DNA of 64,000 nucleotides from contig CBDIID010000003.1 in the NCBI GenBank assembly GCA_965279515.1, positions 2,048,001 to 2,112,000 on the forward strand. The letters are read 5' to 3'. The DNA comes from Turneriella sp. Lineage in GTDB: Bacteria > Spirochaetota > Leptospiria > Turneriellales > Turneriellaceae. Position numbers and translations under genes: made by a program. Shown here piece after piece: positions 9,427 through 18,734 of the stretch. The notes under the pieces were generated by a model. The model searched no databases. It was not told where the DNA came from and saw only the letters and a list, made by a program, of their open reading frames with translations. Position 1 is the stretch's first letter; every line of letters begins with the position of its first letter.

Positions 9427-10671
9427 ATGCGCATCCTGTTTTTTTCCATTACCGCGCTGGCGCTCGGCTGTAGCGACCCGTTCAGGCAGCGGCTGTTACG
9501 CATCGACGCCGCGATCGATCCGTTTGTTGCGGAAGGTAAGGTACCAGGCTTCGTGGCTCTGGTGTTGCGTGACGGGCGCCCCGTCTACGAACGCGCTGTA
9601 GGTTGGGCCGACCGGGAAGCAAAAAAACCGATGCAGATGGATACCATCTTTCGCGTGGCCTCGCATACGAAGGCGCTCACCACCGTCGCCGCGCTGATGC
9701 TGATCGAAGAAGGCAAACTTTCTCCCGATACCCGGGTCGGTAAATATCTACCCTCATTCTATTACACCCGCGTCGCCGAACCCATACCGGGCGCGCCGCC
9801 CATACCCGATAAGCCGGGCAAACACCAGACGCGCCTGGTAGGCCTGCACCGCCCGATCACCGTCCACCATCTCTTGACACACACCTCGGGCATTACCTAT
9901 GGCGGTCACCCCGATATTGCCGACCAGTACAAGCAGGCAGGCTTCGGTGGCGCGATGGGGCATGCATGGAACGTCGCCAGCCGTTACGATACGATCTGCG
10001 AAGCGGCGATGAAGATCGGCGGATTACCCCTGCTCGCGCAGCCCGGCACGCGCTGGATGTACGGCTACAGCACAGATGTTTTGGCATGCATCGTCGAAAA
10101 AGTTTCGGGGATGAAACTCGACGAATTTTTTCGCACGCGCATCATCGATAAACTGGCCATGAAAGATACCGCCTTCGACGTACCCGCGGAAAAATCCGGT
10201 CGTCTCGCGGTGCAATACGACCGCGTGAAAGGCGAACTGAAGCGCTCTGCGTTTCAGGGCAACTACACGAAGGGAACCCCGCGTAATTTTTCGGGTGGTG
10301 CGGGCCTCGTTTCCACCGTGCATGATTACGCACGTTTTCTCGAAATGATTCGCCGCGAAGGAACCTATGAAGGCGAACAGTTTCTGAAGCCGGCATCTGT
10401 ACATCTCATGACGACCAACCAGGTCGGTGAACGTTATGAAATTGGCGGCGCGGGTTTTGGTTATGGTTTTGAAATCGCCGGCCCCGTCACGGTCGAATAC
10501 CCGCAGCCCGAGGGCGCGTATGGCTGGTATGGAATCCTGGGAACCTTCTACCGTGTTTATCCTAAAGAGCGGCTGGTGATTCTGCTCTATACGCAGCTGT
10601 TTCCGCGCGACGCTGACCTCAGATCGCGCTTTCTGGCTGAAATCGACGCAGCTTTAAAACAGACGGATTAA
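9427..10671 (+). CDS. Serine hydrolase, tandem paralog of the previous gene; probable lipoprotein
   Basis: FRVASHTK, LLTHTSG, WMYGYS, GGAGLVST; lipobox LALGC. Confidence 0.9.
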   Translation: MRILFFSITALALGCSDPFRQRLLRIDAAIDPFVAEGKVPGFVALVLRDGRPVYERAVGWADREAKKPMQMDTIFRVASHTKALTTVAALMLIEEGKLSPDTRVGKYLPSFYYTRVAEPIPGAPPIPDKPGKHQTRLVGLHRPITVHHLLTHTSGITYGGHPDIADQYKQAGFGGAMGHAWNVASRYDTICEAAMKIGGLPLLAQPGTRWMYGYSTDVLACIVEKVSGMKLDEFFRTRIIDKLAMKDTAFDVPAEKSGRLAVQYDRVKGELKRSAFQGNYTKGTPRNFSGGAGLVSTVHDYARFLEMIRREGTYEGEQFLKPASVHLMTTNQVGERYEIGGAGFGYGFEIAGPVTVEYPQPEGAYGWYGILGTFYRVYPKERLVILLYTQLFPRDADLRSRFLAEIDAALKQTD

Positions 10672-10715
10672 TTCCGGTAAGGCTTCCCGCCGGATCGCAC
10701 CGCGGAAAAAGAGTT

Positions 10716-11726
10716 ATGCGCTACCTTGTTTCAGGGCTATTGCTTTTATGCCAGTGCAGCGGCGGCAAAGTGAGGCCACCCGCTGCCGACGATTACGTCA
10801 TCGCCTTTTCTTCGTGCCTGAACCAGTACCAGGATACCAGCATCTGGGACCGCATCCGGGAACAGAACCCCGCGCTGTTTTTATTCATGGGTGATACCAT
10901 CTATGCGGATACGCATAATATGGCCGTTAAAAGGCAGGCCTTTGCGAAGCTCAACGCTGACAAACATTACCGCGAGTTTAAAAAGAACTCGCGTATTCTC
11001 GCCGTCTGGGATGACCACGACTACGGCCTCAACGACGCCGGTGGAAGTTATGGCGAAAAACGCCAGATGCAGAAAATTTTTCTCGATGCCTTCGACGAAC
11101 CCAAAGATTCACCGCGCCGCACGCAGGAAGGCATTTACACAGCAGAAGAACTGAACATCAACGGAAAGATCGTACAGATTCTGGTTGTGGATGTCCGCTA
11201 TTTCAGGACCAGTTGGACGTATGGGCCCAAGGACCCGCCCTACTCCCGCACCTATACCGAAGACGACAGGGAGGCATCCACCATGCTGGGCGAAGCGCAG
11301 TGGCAGTGGCTGCGCGAACAGACCAGGCGCAAGGCCGACCTGCGCCTCTTTGTCACCTCGACACCCGCGCTCTCAGACGACTACAAGGGCGAGCGTTGGG
11401 GAGCTTTTCCCAGGGAGCGCGCCCGTCTTTTTGAGACCATGGCGGCCACGAGCGGCAAATGGGTTATCATCACCGGCGACCGTCATTTTGCGCAGGTATC
11501 GAAGCGAAACGATATTCTGAATTATCCGCTGGTCGAGCTTTTGGCCAGCGGCATGAATACGGTCTGGGAAGACGGCGCGAAAGAGGCGGATCGCTACCGT
11601 GAGGGTGAGACGCTGGCCGATTACAATTTCGGCGTGCTGCGCATCAACGGCCAAAAGGGTTCCCTGCGCTATGCGCTGCACGCCGGTGACGGGCGCGAGT
11701 GGAAGACGGGCGAAATCGATTTCTAA
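10716..11726 (+). CDS. phoD: Alkaline phosphatase D family metallophosphoesterase
   Basis: FMGDTIYAD, WDDHDY, TMLGEAQWQWL, TGDRH. Confidence 0.88.
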   Translation: MRYLVSGLLLLCQCSGGKVRPPAADDYVIAFSSCLNQYQDTSIWDRIREQNPALFLFMGDTIYADTHNMAVKRQAFAKLNADKHYREFKKNSRILAVWDDHDYGLNDAGGSYGEKRQMQKIFLDAFDEPKDSPRRTQEGIYTAEELNINGKIVQILVVDVRYFRTSWTYGPKDPPYSRTYTEDDREASTMLGEAQWQWLREQTRRKADLRLFVTSTPALSDDYKGERWGAFPRERARLFETMAATSGKWVIITGDRHFAQVSKRNDILNYPLVELLASGMNTVWEDGAKEADRYREGETLADYNFGVLRINGQKGSLRYALHAGDGREWKTGEIDF

Positions 11727-11735
11727 GTCAGCCCC

Positions 11736-12545
11736 ATGCGCATTCTGCTTCTGACCTGCTGCATCTCCATCTTATCTTGCGGTAAGAAACCCGCGACCCT
11801 GACTGAACTCTTTGCCGGCAAAGACGGCTGTATCTTAGTGATGAATGCAAAATCCGGCGCATTCGAACACACCTGGAATGCTGAGCGTTGCCGTGTGCGT
11901 TTTCCCGCATGCTCAACCTTCAAGGTGCCACTTGCGCTCATGGCATTCGATGCCGGGGTTTTGAAAGACGAAAAACAGGTTTTGAAATGGGATGGAACAA
12001 AGCGCATGCTCGATGCGTGGAACCGCGACCACAATGCGGCGACGTGGATGCAGGAATCGGTCGTCTGGTTCTCACAGCGCCTGACACCGATGTTGGGAGA
12101 GCCGCGCGTGAAAAAATACCTGCACGATTTCCACTACGGTAACGAAGATTTGTCCGGCGGCCTCACCGATGCCTGGCTACATTCTCCCGATTCGGGAAAG
12201 ACCGCCCTGAGTATCTCGGCCTATGAACAGGTCGATTTTATGCGTGCATTCTGGAAAAATCGCCTGCAGGTAAGCCCTGCCGCCGTAGCCTTAACGAAGC
12301 AGATTACCTTTCTGGAGAAATCACCGAAGGGATACCTGTTCAGCGGCAAGACGGGATCGAACTTTTACGGCGCGGATAAAAAGAAGCGACTAGGCTGGTT
12401 TATCGGACATCTGGAAAAGGACGATGAGGAATACATCGTCGTCACCAACTTCAGCGACACGGAAACTCCCTCAGAAACAATGTTCGGCGGAAAAAAAGCC
12501 AAAGAGATTACCAAGGCATTCCTCGAGTCTATCCGCCTGTGGTAA
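11736..12545 (+). CDS. blaOXA: Class D (OXA-type) beta-lactamase, probable lipoprotein
   Basis: PACSTFK, SVVW, YGN and KTG motifs; LSC lipobox. Confidence 0.85.
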   Translation: MRILLLTCCISILSCGKKPATLTELFAGKDGCILVMNAKSGAFEHTWNAERCRVRFPACSTFKVPLALMAFDAGVLKDEKQVLKWDGTKRMLDAWNRDHNAATWMQESVVWFSQRLTPMLGEPRVKKYLHDFHYGNEDLSGGLTDAWLHSPDSGKTALSISAYEQVDFMRAFWKNRLQVSPAAVALTKQITFLEKSPKGYLFSGKTGSNFYGADKKKRLGWFIGHLEKDDEEYIVVTNFSDTETPSETMFGGKKAKEITKAFLESIRLW

Positions 12546-12546
12546 C

Positions 12547-12882
12547 TTAGGTTGCGCGCAGCTTGCGGATAGCCTCGTCGCGCGAGGCGACAAAGAAGAT
12601 ATTGCCGCGTTTGTTGCTTTCGTAGATAAAGTCACGCAGGCTCTTGCTTTCCGGATTCGCAAAATCTCCGATCACCGCTATGCGGCGGCGGTAGTTGACG
12701 AGTTTCTGAACGACATCTCCGGCCACACCTGTCGAGAGGTCGAAGAAGGCAGGTGCAAGATTCTTCTGCGCGAGAATAATATTATCCTCCTCATAACTAT
12801 AGATCAGCCCCAGCACATCGGCGCCGTTTGAAACCAGGATTTCATCGGATGCAACTTCGGCAATCCCCGGTTCAGTCGGCAT
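12547..12882 (-). CDS. DUF4180-like protein
   Basis: FFDLSTGVAGDVVQKLVNY and SKSLRDFIYESNKRG. Confidence 0.8.
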   Translation of the reverse strand: MPTEPGIAEVASDEILVSNGADVLGLIYSYEEDNIILAQKNLAPAFFDLSTGVAGDVVQKLVNYRRRIAVIGDFANPESKSLRDFIYESNKRGNIFFVASRDEAIRKLRAT

Positions 12883-13807
12883 TGTTATACTGTGCTATAA
12901 AAGTAATAAACCGCATCGCTTCGATGATATCCTTGCCGATAAAACGAATCGTCGCACCGTCGATGCGCTCGACGATCGGCAGCAGCGAAAGAATCTCGGC
13001 GTTCAGCATATTCTTAAAGGCAATTTCGAGTTTCACCGGTTTAGCCAGCGTATACGGCTTGAAATCCCCGAGGCGCATCAGCGCCGCCTTGGTCTGCGCC
13101 GCAATGAGGGCCCGCGCCGCCTGGGGCGAAATGTTATCGGCAGAATGGTAGCCAATCGCGCGTTTCACAACCACGCCGGCAATCTTCGGATCGATCGTTT
13201 TCTGAATTTCTTCGACCGCCTTGTCGTCGCCCGAGACCAGTACCACGGGCACACCATAATGCCCTGCCATCGCCGCACTCAGCATCGCTTCGCTTGCATG
13301 TTTGCCGTTGAGGCGCATGTCATAAAAGCGCTTCGACGACATCGTGTGCGCGCGCACCGCGCCGGGCGTACCGATCGAAGCATGATAACCCAGGAGAATC
13401 GCCGCGTCGAAGCCGCCATCGATGCCATCCATCATTTCGAGCGGGCGTGGCCATGAACGGATAAGCCGCACTTTCGGATTTAATTCTTCGGGCAAAAGCG
13501 AAAGTCCATTGCCATGCGAATCTGAAACCGTGATCTTTGTCGCTCCCGCAGCGAATGCGCCTTCGATGCAGGCATTGGCTTCGGCAGTCATCAGGCGACG
13601 GAATTTTTCGTATTCGAATTCACCCGGCGCGAGCTGTGCGCCGTTGACAACGCCGGCGATCCCTTCCATGTCGACAGAGATGAAGACGCGTAACTCCTTT
13701 GCCTGCAATGATGAAACCGGAATTATGCACAGATAGAAAGCAGCGAGGGGCAAAAATAGGATTTTCATCCCGTTAACCATGAGGGTTTTCAGCGCATACA
13801 AGAACAT
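12872..13807 (-). CDS. dppA: D-aminopeptidase, peptidase M55 family, with signal peptide (alternative start 13768)
   Basis: ISVDMEGIAG, DSHG, GYHA, HTMS, VSGD. Confidence 0.88.
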   Translation of the reverse strand: MFLYALKTLMVNGMKILFLPLAAFYLCIIPVSSLQAKELRVFISVDMEGIAGVVNGAQLAPGEFEYEKFRRLMTAEANACIEGAFAAGATKITVSDSHGNGLSLLPEELNPKVRLIRSWPRPLEMMDGIDGGFDAAILLGYHASIGTPGAVRAHTMSSKRFYDMRLNGKHASEAMLSAAMAGHYGVPVVLVSGDDKAVEEIQKTIDPKIAGVVVKRAIGYHSADNISPQAARALIAAQTKAALMRLGDFKPYTLAKPVKLEIAFKNMLNAEILSLLPIVERIDGATIRFIGKDIIEAMRFITFIAQYNNAD

Positions 13808-13845
13808 AAACGTCAGCGCAATATACCAAGCTCCGCTGTAAACCG

Positions 13846-14601
13846 ATGTACACCTTTGACATGAGAATCATAATGCCGCTGAGTATGCGATCCAATCCCG
13901 TAACCCTTTCAGAAAAAATTATCGAGGTTGCAAACAAGACCATCGCCGCCGAAGATCGCCTGATTGTGAAAGCTTATGGTTTTATTCCCGTCACCGAATT
14001 TTTCATGCGCGATTTCATCAAGAAGATACTCACTAAATTCAAACGCCCCGAACTCGCATCGGCCGTTTCGATGCTCATCAAAGAGCTCACGGTGAATGCC
14101 GCAAAGGCGAATTTTAAAAAACTTTTATTTCTCGAGAACAGCATCGACGTTGAAAACCCGACGGATTACGAACGCGGCATGAAACTTTTCCGTGAGGCTA
14201 TCACCGATACGATGCCCTTCGAATACGGCGCGAAGGCGAAACAGGCCAGCCTCAACGTGCAGACGTCCTTTGATTTTGACGCCGACCGCATCATCATCGA
14301 GGTCAGAAATAACCTGCCGATGTCTGAGATCGAAGAGACCCGCGTGCGCGAAAAACTGCGCCAGGCGATGGAATGCGAAGATATTGCAGATTTTATGATG
14401 GAAAATGTCGACGAAACCGAAGGTGCGGGTCTCGGTATTATCCTGAGTCTTATGGCGCTCAAATCTTCTTCCATCGACCCACATGCCTTGACGATATCCA
14501 CCGACTTCAAAAATGAAACGATTGCCCGCGTAGAGATTCCGCTTACCGGCAGCTATAAGCCGAACACGCGGCGCGCACACGACGCCACGGTCGCGAGCTG
14601 A
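13846..14601 (+). CDS. Stand-alone GHKL/HATPase-like protein (anti-sigma or Ser/Thr-kinase-like)
   Basis: N-box-like KELTVNAAKAN and G2-box EGAGLG; no sensor or His-dimerisation domain seen. Confidence 0.6.
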   Translation: MYTFDMRIIMPLSMRSNPVTLSEKIIEVANKTIAAEDRLIVKAYGFIPVTEFFMRDFIKKILTKFKRPELASAVSMLIKELTVNAAKANFKKLLFLENSIDVENPTDYERGMKLFREAITDTMPFEYGAKAKQASLNVQTSFDFDADRIIIEVRNNLPMSEIEETRVREKLRQAMECEDIADFMMENVDETEGAGLGIILSLMALKSSSIDPHALTISTDFKNETIARVEIPLTGSYKPNTRRAHDATVAS

Positions 14602-14625
14602 TAGGTCTATACTTCGCAGCCGCTT

Positions 14626-15210
14626 TCAGGCTGCGGTGTGCATTAAATCCCAAATTTGCATGGGCGATAACCCGATTTTGTAGATAATTTCTGTTTTTTG
14701 CGAATATTCGAGATTGGCCACCCGATTATGGTGTGTCTTACATCCATAGTTAATGAAAAAGTCAGAATACTTGCGCCCTCTCTTGTCATAACGAGCCGCC
14801 CAATATTTAGCATTTAAGGGCCTGGGGGTAGCTGGGTGCGACGCGCGCAAAAGCTCCTCGACAAGCCGAGGCAAATAAACCCGAATCGCCACATCCAACA
14901 TGCGCGAAACAGACTCACCCGAATGGAGCGCACGCTGCCAAAGCGCCGCATAAAGCACCTGATTGATATACAGCGGGTGAATTTCATAAGCTTTCCCACC
15001 AGCATTATAGCGGCGCAGGCCGTTGGATTTCTTCCCGCTCCCCCGCCAGTTCTTCAGGAATAGCTTCAGGAGATGACGATAGATTTCTTGTTCCGAAAAC
15101 TGAATACCATTCCTGGCAAAGATCTTCCTGGCCGCGCATAAGCGACGATATGAGTGAGCCGGCAGGGAAACAGATGTTTTCCGATGCGTTAAGGGATGGA
15201 TGTTTTTCAA
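14626..15210 (-). CDS. Hypothetical basic protein, possibly RHH/DUF1564-like DNA binder
   Basis: 194-aa ORF with RHH-like segments (TSVSLP; ESVSRMLDVAIRVYL). Confidence 0.5.
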   Translation of the reverse strand: MKNIHPLTHRKTSVSLPAHSYRRLCAARKIFARNGIQFSEQEIYRHLLKLFLKNWRGSGKKSNGLRRYNAGGKAYEIHPLYINQVLYAALWQRALHSGESVSRMLDVAIRVYLPRLVEELLRASHPATPRPLNAKYWAARYDKRGRKYSDFFINYGCKTHHNRVANLEYSQKTEIIYKIGLSPMQIWDLMHTAA

Positions 15211-15349
15211 ATATGCCTCTATAGCTAAATACCAGAATCCTCCGTTTTTTTCTCACTTTCAATAACTGATCCAAAATTTCTCATTGGTAGCAAGCGAACA
15301 CATCAGCCACTTCTCCTTGACACGGCCTCTTTGCCTCTGATTTAGATTT

Positions 15350-15673
15350 ATGGCTGAAAGACACGAAGGTACTGTAATCTCTGACGACATGATTTTTCGC
15401 GGTACCGTCGAAACAGACCACGCGGTGACCGTCGAAGGCAAACTTTCAGGCACCCTCATCGCCCGCGGCAAGGTGAGCATCGTCACCGGCGCGGAAGTCA
15501 CGGCCAATGTTAGTGCCCGCGAGCTCGATCTCGAAGGCATGCTGCAAGGTAACGTCCTCCATGCAGACACGGTTGTGCTGCATAGCGCGGCGCGCCTCAC
15601 CGGCGACATCAGCTGCGCGCAGCTTGAAATACAGCGCGGCGCCAAGCACACCGGCACCACGGTAATGAAATAA
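15350..15673 (+). CDS. Bactofilin (polymer-forming cytoskeletal protein)
   Basis: Beta-helix repeats TVI, VEGKLSG, LEGMLQGNV, LTGDI, LEIQRGA. Confidence 0.9.
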   Translation: MAERHEGTVISDDMIFRGTVETDHAVTVEGKLSGTLIARGKVSIVTGAEVTANVSARELDLEGMLQGNVLHADTVVLHSAARLTGDISCAQLEIQRGAKHTGTTVMK

Positions 15674-15681
15674 GGTCAACT

Positions 15682-17748
15682 GTGGCTAATGCAGAGCCGG
15701 GCGCCGGGTCGGTGGCCGAATGGTATAGCCTCGTTTTCGAACGCAAATCGCCCTACGCTGAAACCATCTACCGCCGTTTTCTCGAACGCCTTGAAACCTA
15801 TACCGAAGGCCGTTTAACGGGTGACCTGAGACGCCAGCATGCGCTACGCTATCTTGCCCCGTCGCTGCATCTCTTAAAAAGCCCTTTTGAGTTCCCTGGC
15901 ATGGCGACGGCTGTCGACCTCATGCGTGAGCATGCTGCTAAAACGGATGCCCGCGTGGTCATCTACGGCGACCGCGACGCCGATGGCGTGACCTCTGCCT
16001 CACTCCTGACGTTGTTTTGCCGCGAGCAGCTGAAAATTGGCCGCGAACGGCTTGTGACACTCGTGCCGCGCGAAGAAGATAAATACGGCATTACTCCCGA
16101 GGTCGGCGCGCGTATCATTGCCGAAAAACCCGATCTTCTGATCACCCTTGACTGCGGTTCATCTAACCGAACCGAGCTACTCGAGGTGCAAAAAGCGACG
16201 GGTTGCAAAACGATTATCATAGACCACCACTTTATTCCGCCCGATGCCGCCGACTACCCTGCCGTCGAAGCGTTTATCAACCCGAAATTACTGGCCGAAT
16301 TTGAATTTGCCCGCGACTATTGTACCGCGGCAATCACGCTGCGCTTCGTGCAGGCCATACTCTACTCTTACAGCCGCGAATACAATGAGAGTATTGGCAT
16401 CAAGACAGACACCGGTGAAATTATCATCCGTAACGGCATATTGGTTGAGGGGGATTTCCACAAGTGCGCGCGGCATTATACCCTGGCGCAAACCCACGCC
16501 GATGAGGTGCATGTTGAAAAACACGATCTCGTAAAAATTTTCGAGCACACAGCCCGGGAAAATTTCGAAATGAAACGGCTCTGGAGTTTATACAGTAAAA
16601 AACCTGAAGCGCTTTCTGCGCTTGAGATTTTCAACGCCATTCAATCTGCGAGCTTCCGCAAGTCGCATGCCGTGCTGGCGCAGTACATTCCCTTCGCAGC
16701 GATCGGTCTTGTCGCCGACCTCATGCCCGTCTATGCCGATAACCGCATTCTTGTGCGCGAGGGGCTTAGCGTCATGGCCCGGCAGATGGATACGCTGCCG
16801 ATGGGGCTTGCGGCGCTGCTCAAAAAACTCAACCTTGCGGGTTCTGTTGCAGAACAAGATCTGGGTTTTTCCGTCTGCCCTGTCATCAACGCTGCAGGCC
16901 GCATGGGTAATGCCACGCTCGCGCTCACCGCACTCACGGAAACCGATCCATTGGCCGCGGCAAAGGCTGTCTTTGCGCTGACCCAGATTAATGAGGCGCG
17001 CAAAGAGGCGTCACAGTCATCGCTCGACCTTCTGGACGAAGCGCTCGACGCGCGATCGCATGACGCGCCCGTCGCGGTGGCGGTCCATGAGAATTTCCAC
17101 CGTGGTATTTCAGGGCTCATTGCCTCGAAGATCGCCGAGCGGCTGACGAAACCGGCCCTGGTTCTCGTGCCCGACGGCGACTGTTACCGCGGCTCAGGGC
17201 GCGCCTTCCGCAATGAAAATGTGCACGGGCTGATCGACTCCCTGGGCGCGCACCTGATCCAGTATGGCGGGCACCGCCAGGCCGCGGGCTTCTCGGTCGC
17301 GAAAGAAAACATCGGCGCATTCGTCGATGCCATCTTTGCCGCCGCTGCCGGACATTTTGCCGCAGCTGGGGGAGAGTCCGGGCAAACGGCTGTCGATCCT
17401 TTCCGCAATTTTAATCCGCCTTTGGAAATTGAGGCCGCCAGCATGCGTATGCCGCTTTGGGATGAACTGCTGCTGCATGCCCCCTATGGCGTGATGAACC
17501 CCCACCCCGTTGTCGCCGTGCAGAAGCCCGGTAAGGTCGAGGTCGCAAACCTCGGCAAAACGGGTGCGCATGTTAAAATCAAGTTCAGCGCACCGGCCGA
17601 CCGCAACATCGAAGGTGTCTGGTTTTTCCACGGCGGTGCAGCAGAGGGCGTTGGTGAGCGCACCGACCTCGTGGTCAGCGGCGAGCCGCAGGTCGGCAAA
17701 TTCATGGGGCGTACGCAGTACCGGCTGAAAATTACGAAGATCACATAG
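15682..17748 (+). CDS. recJ: ssDNA-specific exonuclease RecJ (DHH/DHHA1)
   Basis: YGDRDADG, TLDCG, IIDHH, VADLMP, INAAGRM, GSGR, GGHRQAAG. Confidence 0.9.
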   Translation: MANAEPGAGSVAEWYSLVFERKSPYAETIYRRFLERLETYTEGRLTGDLRRQHALRYLAPSLHLLKSPFEFPGMATAVDLMREHAAKTDARVVIYGDRDADGVTSASLLTLFCREQLKIGRERLVTLVPREEDKYGITPEVGARIIAEKPDLLITLDCGSSNRTELLEVQKATGCKTIIIDHHFIPPDAADYPAVEAFINPKLLAEFEFARDYCTAAITLRFVQAILYSYSREYNESIGIKTDTGEIIIRNGILVEGDFHKCARHYTLAQTHADEVHVEKHDLVKIFEHTARENFEMKRLWSLYSKKPEALSALEIFNAIQSASFRKSHAVLAQYIPFAAIGLVADLMPVYADNRILVREGLSVMARQMDTLPMGLAALLKKLNLAGSVAEQDLGFSVCPVINAAGRMGNATLALTALTETDPLAAAKAVFALTQINEARKEASQSSLDLLDEALDARSHDAPVAVAVHENFHRGISGLIASKIAERLTKPALVLVPDGDCYRGSGRAFRNENVHGLIDSLGAHLIQYGGHRQAAGFSVAKENIGAFVDAIFAAAAGHFAAAGGESGQTAVDPFRNFNPPLEIEAASMRMPLWDELLLHAPYGVMNPHPVVAVQKPGKVEVANLGKTGAHVKIKFSAPADRNIEGVWFFHGGAAEGVGERTDLVVSGEPQVGKFMGRTQYRLKITKIT

Positions 17749-17782
17749 TGTTGTGGCCCGGGGCATTCGGCAGGCAACGAAC

Positions 17783-18643
17783 ATGAGTCTTGTTCGTATC
17801 TGGAGCTTTACCTTTTTTGCAGTCGGCGCTTTCGCCGCAAATTCTGTCATCTGCCGTCTCGCGTTAGGGCAAAAGGCCATTGATGCCGGCAGTTTTACGG
17901 CGATTCGTCTGATATCCGGTGCGCTGACGCTGATCCTCATCACCTCTTTGCGCGCGAAGCCATATGCTGCGCTCAAACATGGCAGACTCGTCTCGGCGAT
18001 CGCACTCTTCGTCTATGCCATCGCTTTTTCCTTCGCCTACCTAACTCTCGACACGGGTACGGGCGCTGTCATCCTCTTTGGCTGCGTGCAGATCACGATG
18101 ATTTTCTACTCACTGTTCAAAGGAAACAGGTTAACTATTCTGGAATGGTTAGGTCTGTGCACAGCGCTCGCTGGTTTCATCTATCTGGTTTCACCGCGTA
18201 TCTCAACACCTGCAGCTTTCGGATTTATGCTGATGGCACTCGCTGGCCTCGCATGGGCCGTGTACACACTGCGCGGTAAAACTGCGCAGAACCCGCTGCT
18301 TTCTACAACAGGGAATTTTGTTCTTACTGTACCGCTGGCTATGGTACTATTTTTTCTGGTGCGCGACAATTTGCAATTTTCACAGGCGGGAATTCTACTC
18401 GCCATACTCTCGGGCTGCGTTGCTTCGGGCTTAGGCTACACCATTTGGTATCATGTTCTGCCGCACCTCTCGGTGACGGAGGCCGCCGTCGTCCAGCTGG
18501 CCGCCCCCGCGCTCGCTGCACTCGGCGGCATTGTCTTTATGTCCGAAGTAGCGACGCTGCGCTTGGGTATTTCATCGCTGGCGATTCTGGGCGGCATATT
18601 TGCGGTGATCTTAGGTCGGCGCAGCACGAACCGCAAAGCCTGA
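17783..18643 (+). CDS. DMT/EamA family transporter
   Basis: About 10 TM segments; AFAANSVICRLAL, YAIAFSFAYL, GLGYTIWY. Confidence 0.88.
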   Translation: MSLVRIWSFTFFAVGAFAANSVICRLALGQKAIDAGSFTAIRLISGALTLILITSLRAKPYAALKHGRLVSAIALFVYAIAFSFAYLTLDTGTGAVILFGCVQITMIFYSLFKGNRLTILEWLGLCTALAGFIYLVSPRISTPAAFGFMLMALAGLAWAVYTLRGKTAQNPLLSTTGNFVLTVPLAMVLFFLVRDNLQFSQAGILLAILSGCVASGLGYTIWYHVLPHLSVTEAAVVQLAAPALAALGGIVFMSEVATLRLGISSLAILGGIFAVILGRRSTNRKA

Positions 18644-18734
18644 AAACCGCTTGCCACAAGGCGGCGGCGCCTGGTGCTTGTGCCGTCAGGAAACTGGCAT
18701 ACAAATAGCTGAACACTTCATAAGCCGATCAAAA

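Noticed and set aside
8130..10671. Calling the two serine hydrolases AmpC beta-lactamases
   Set aside because: They have YGYS instead of YxN and lack KTG, which is typical of esterase-like members.
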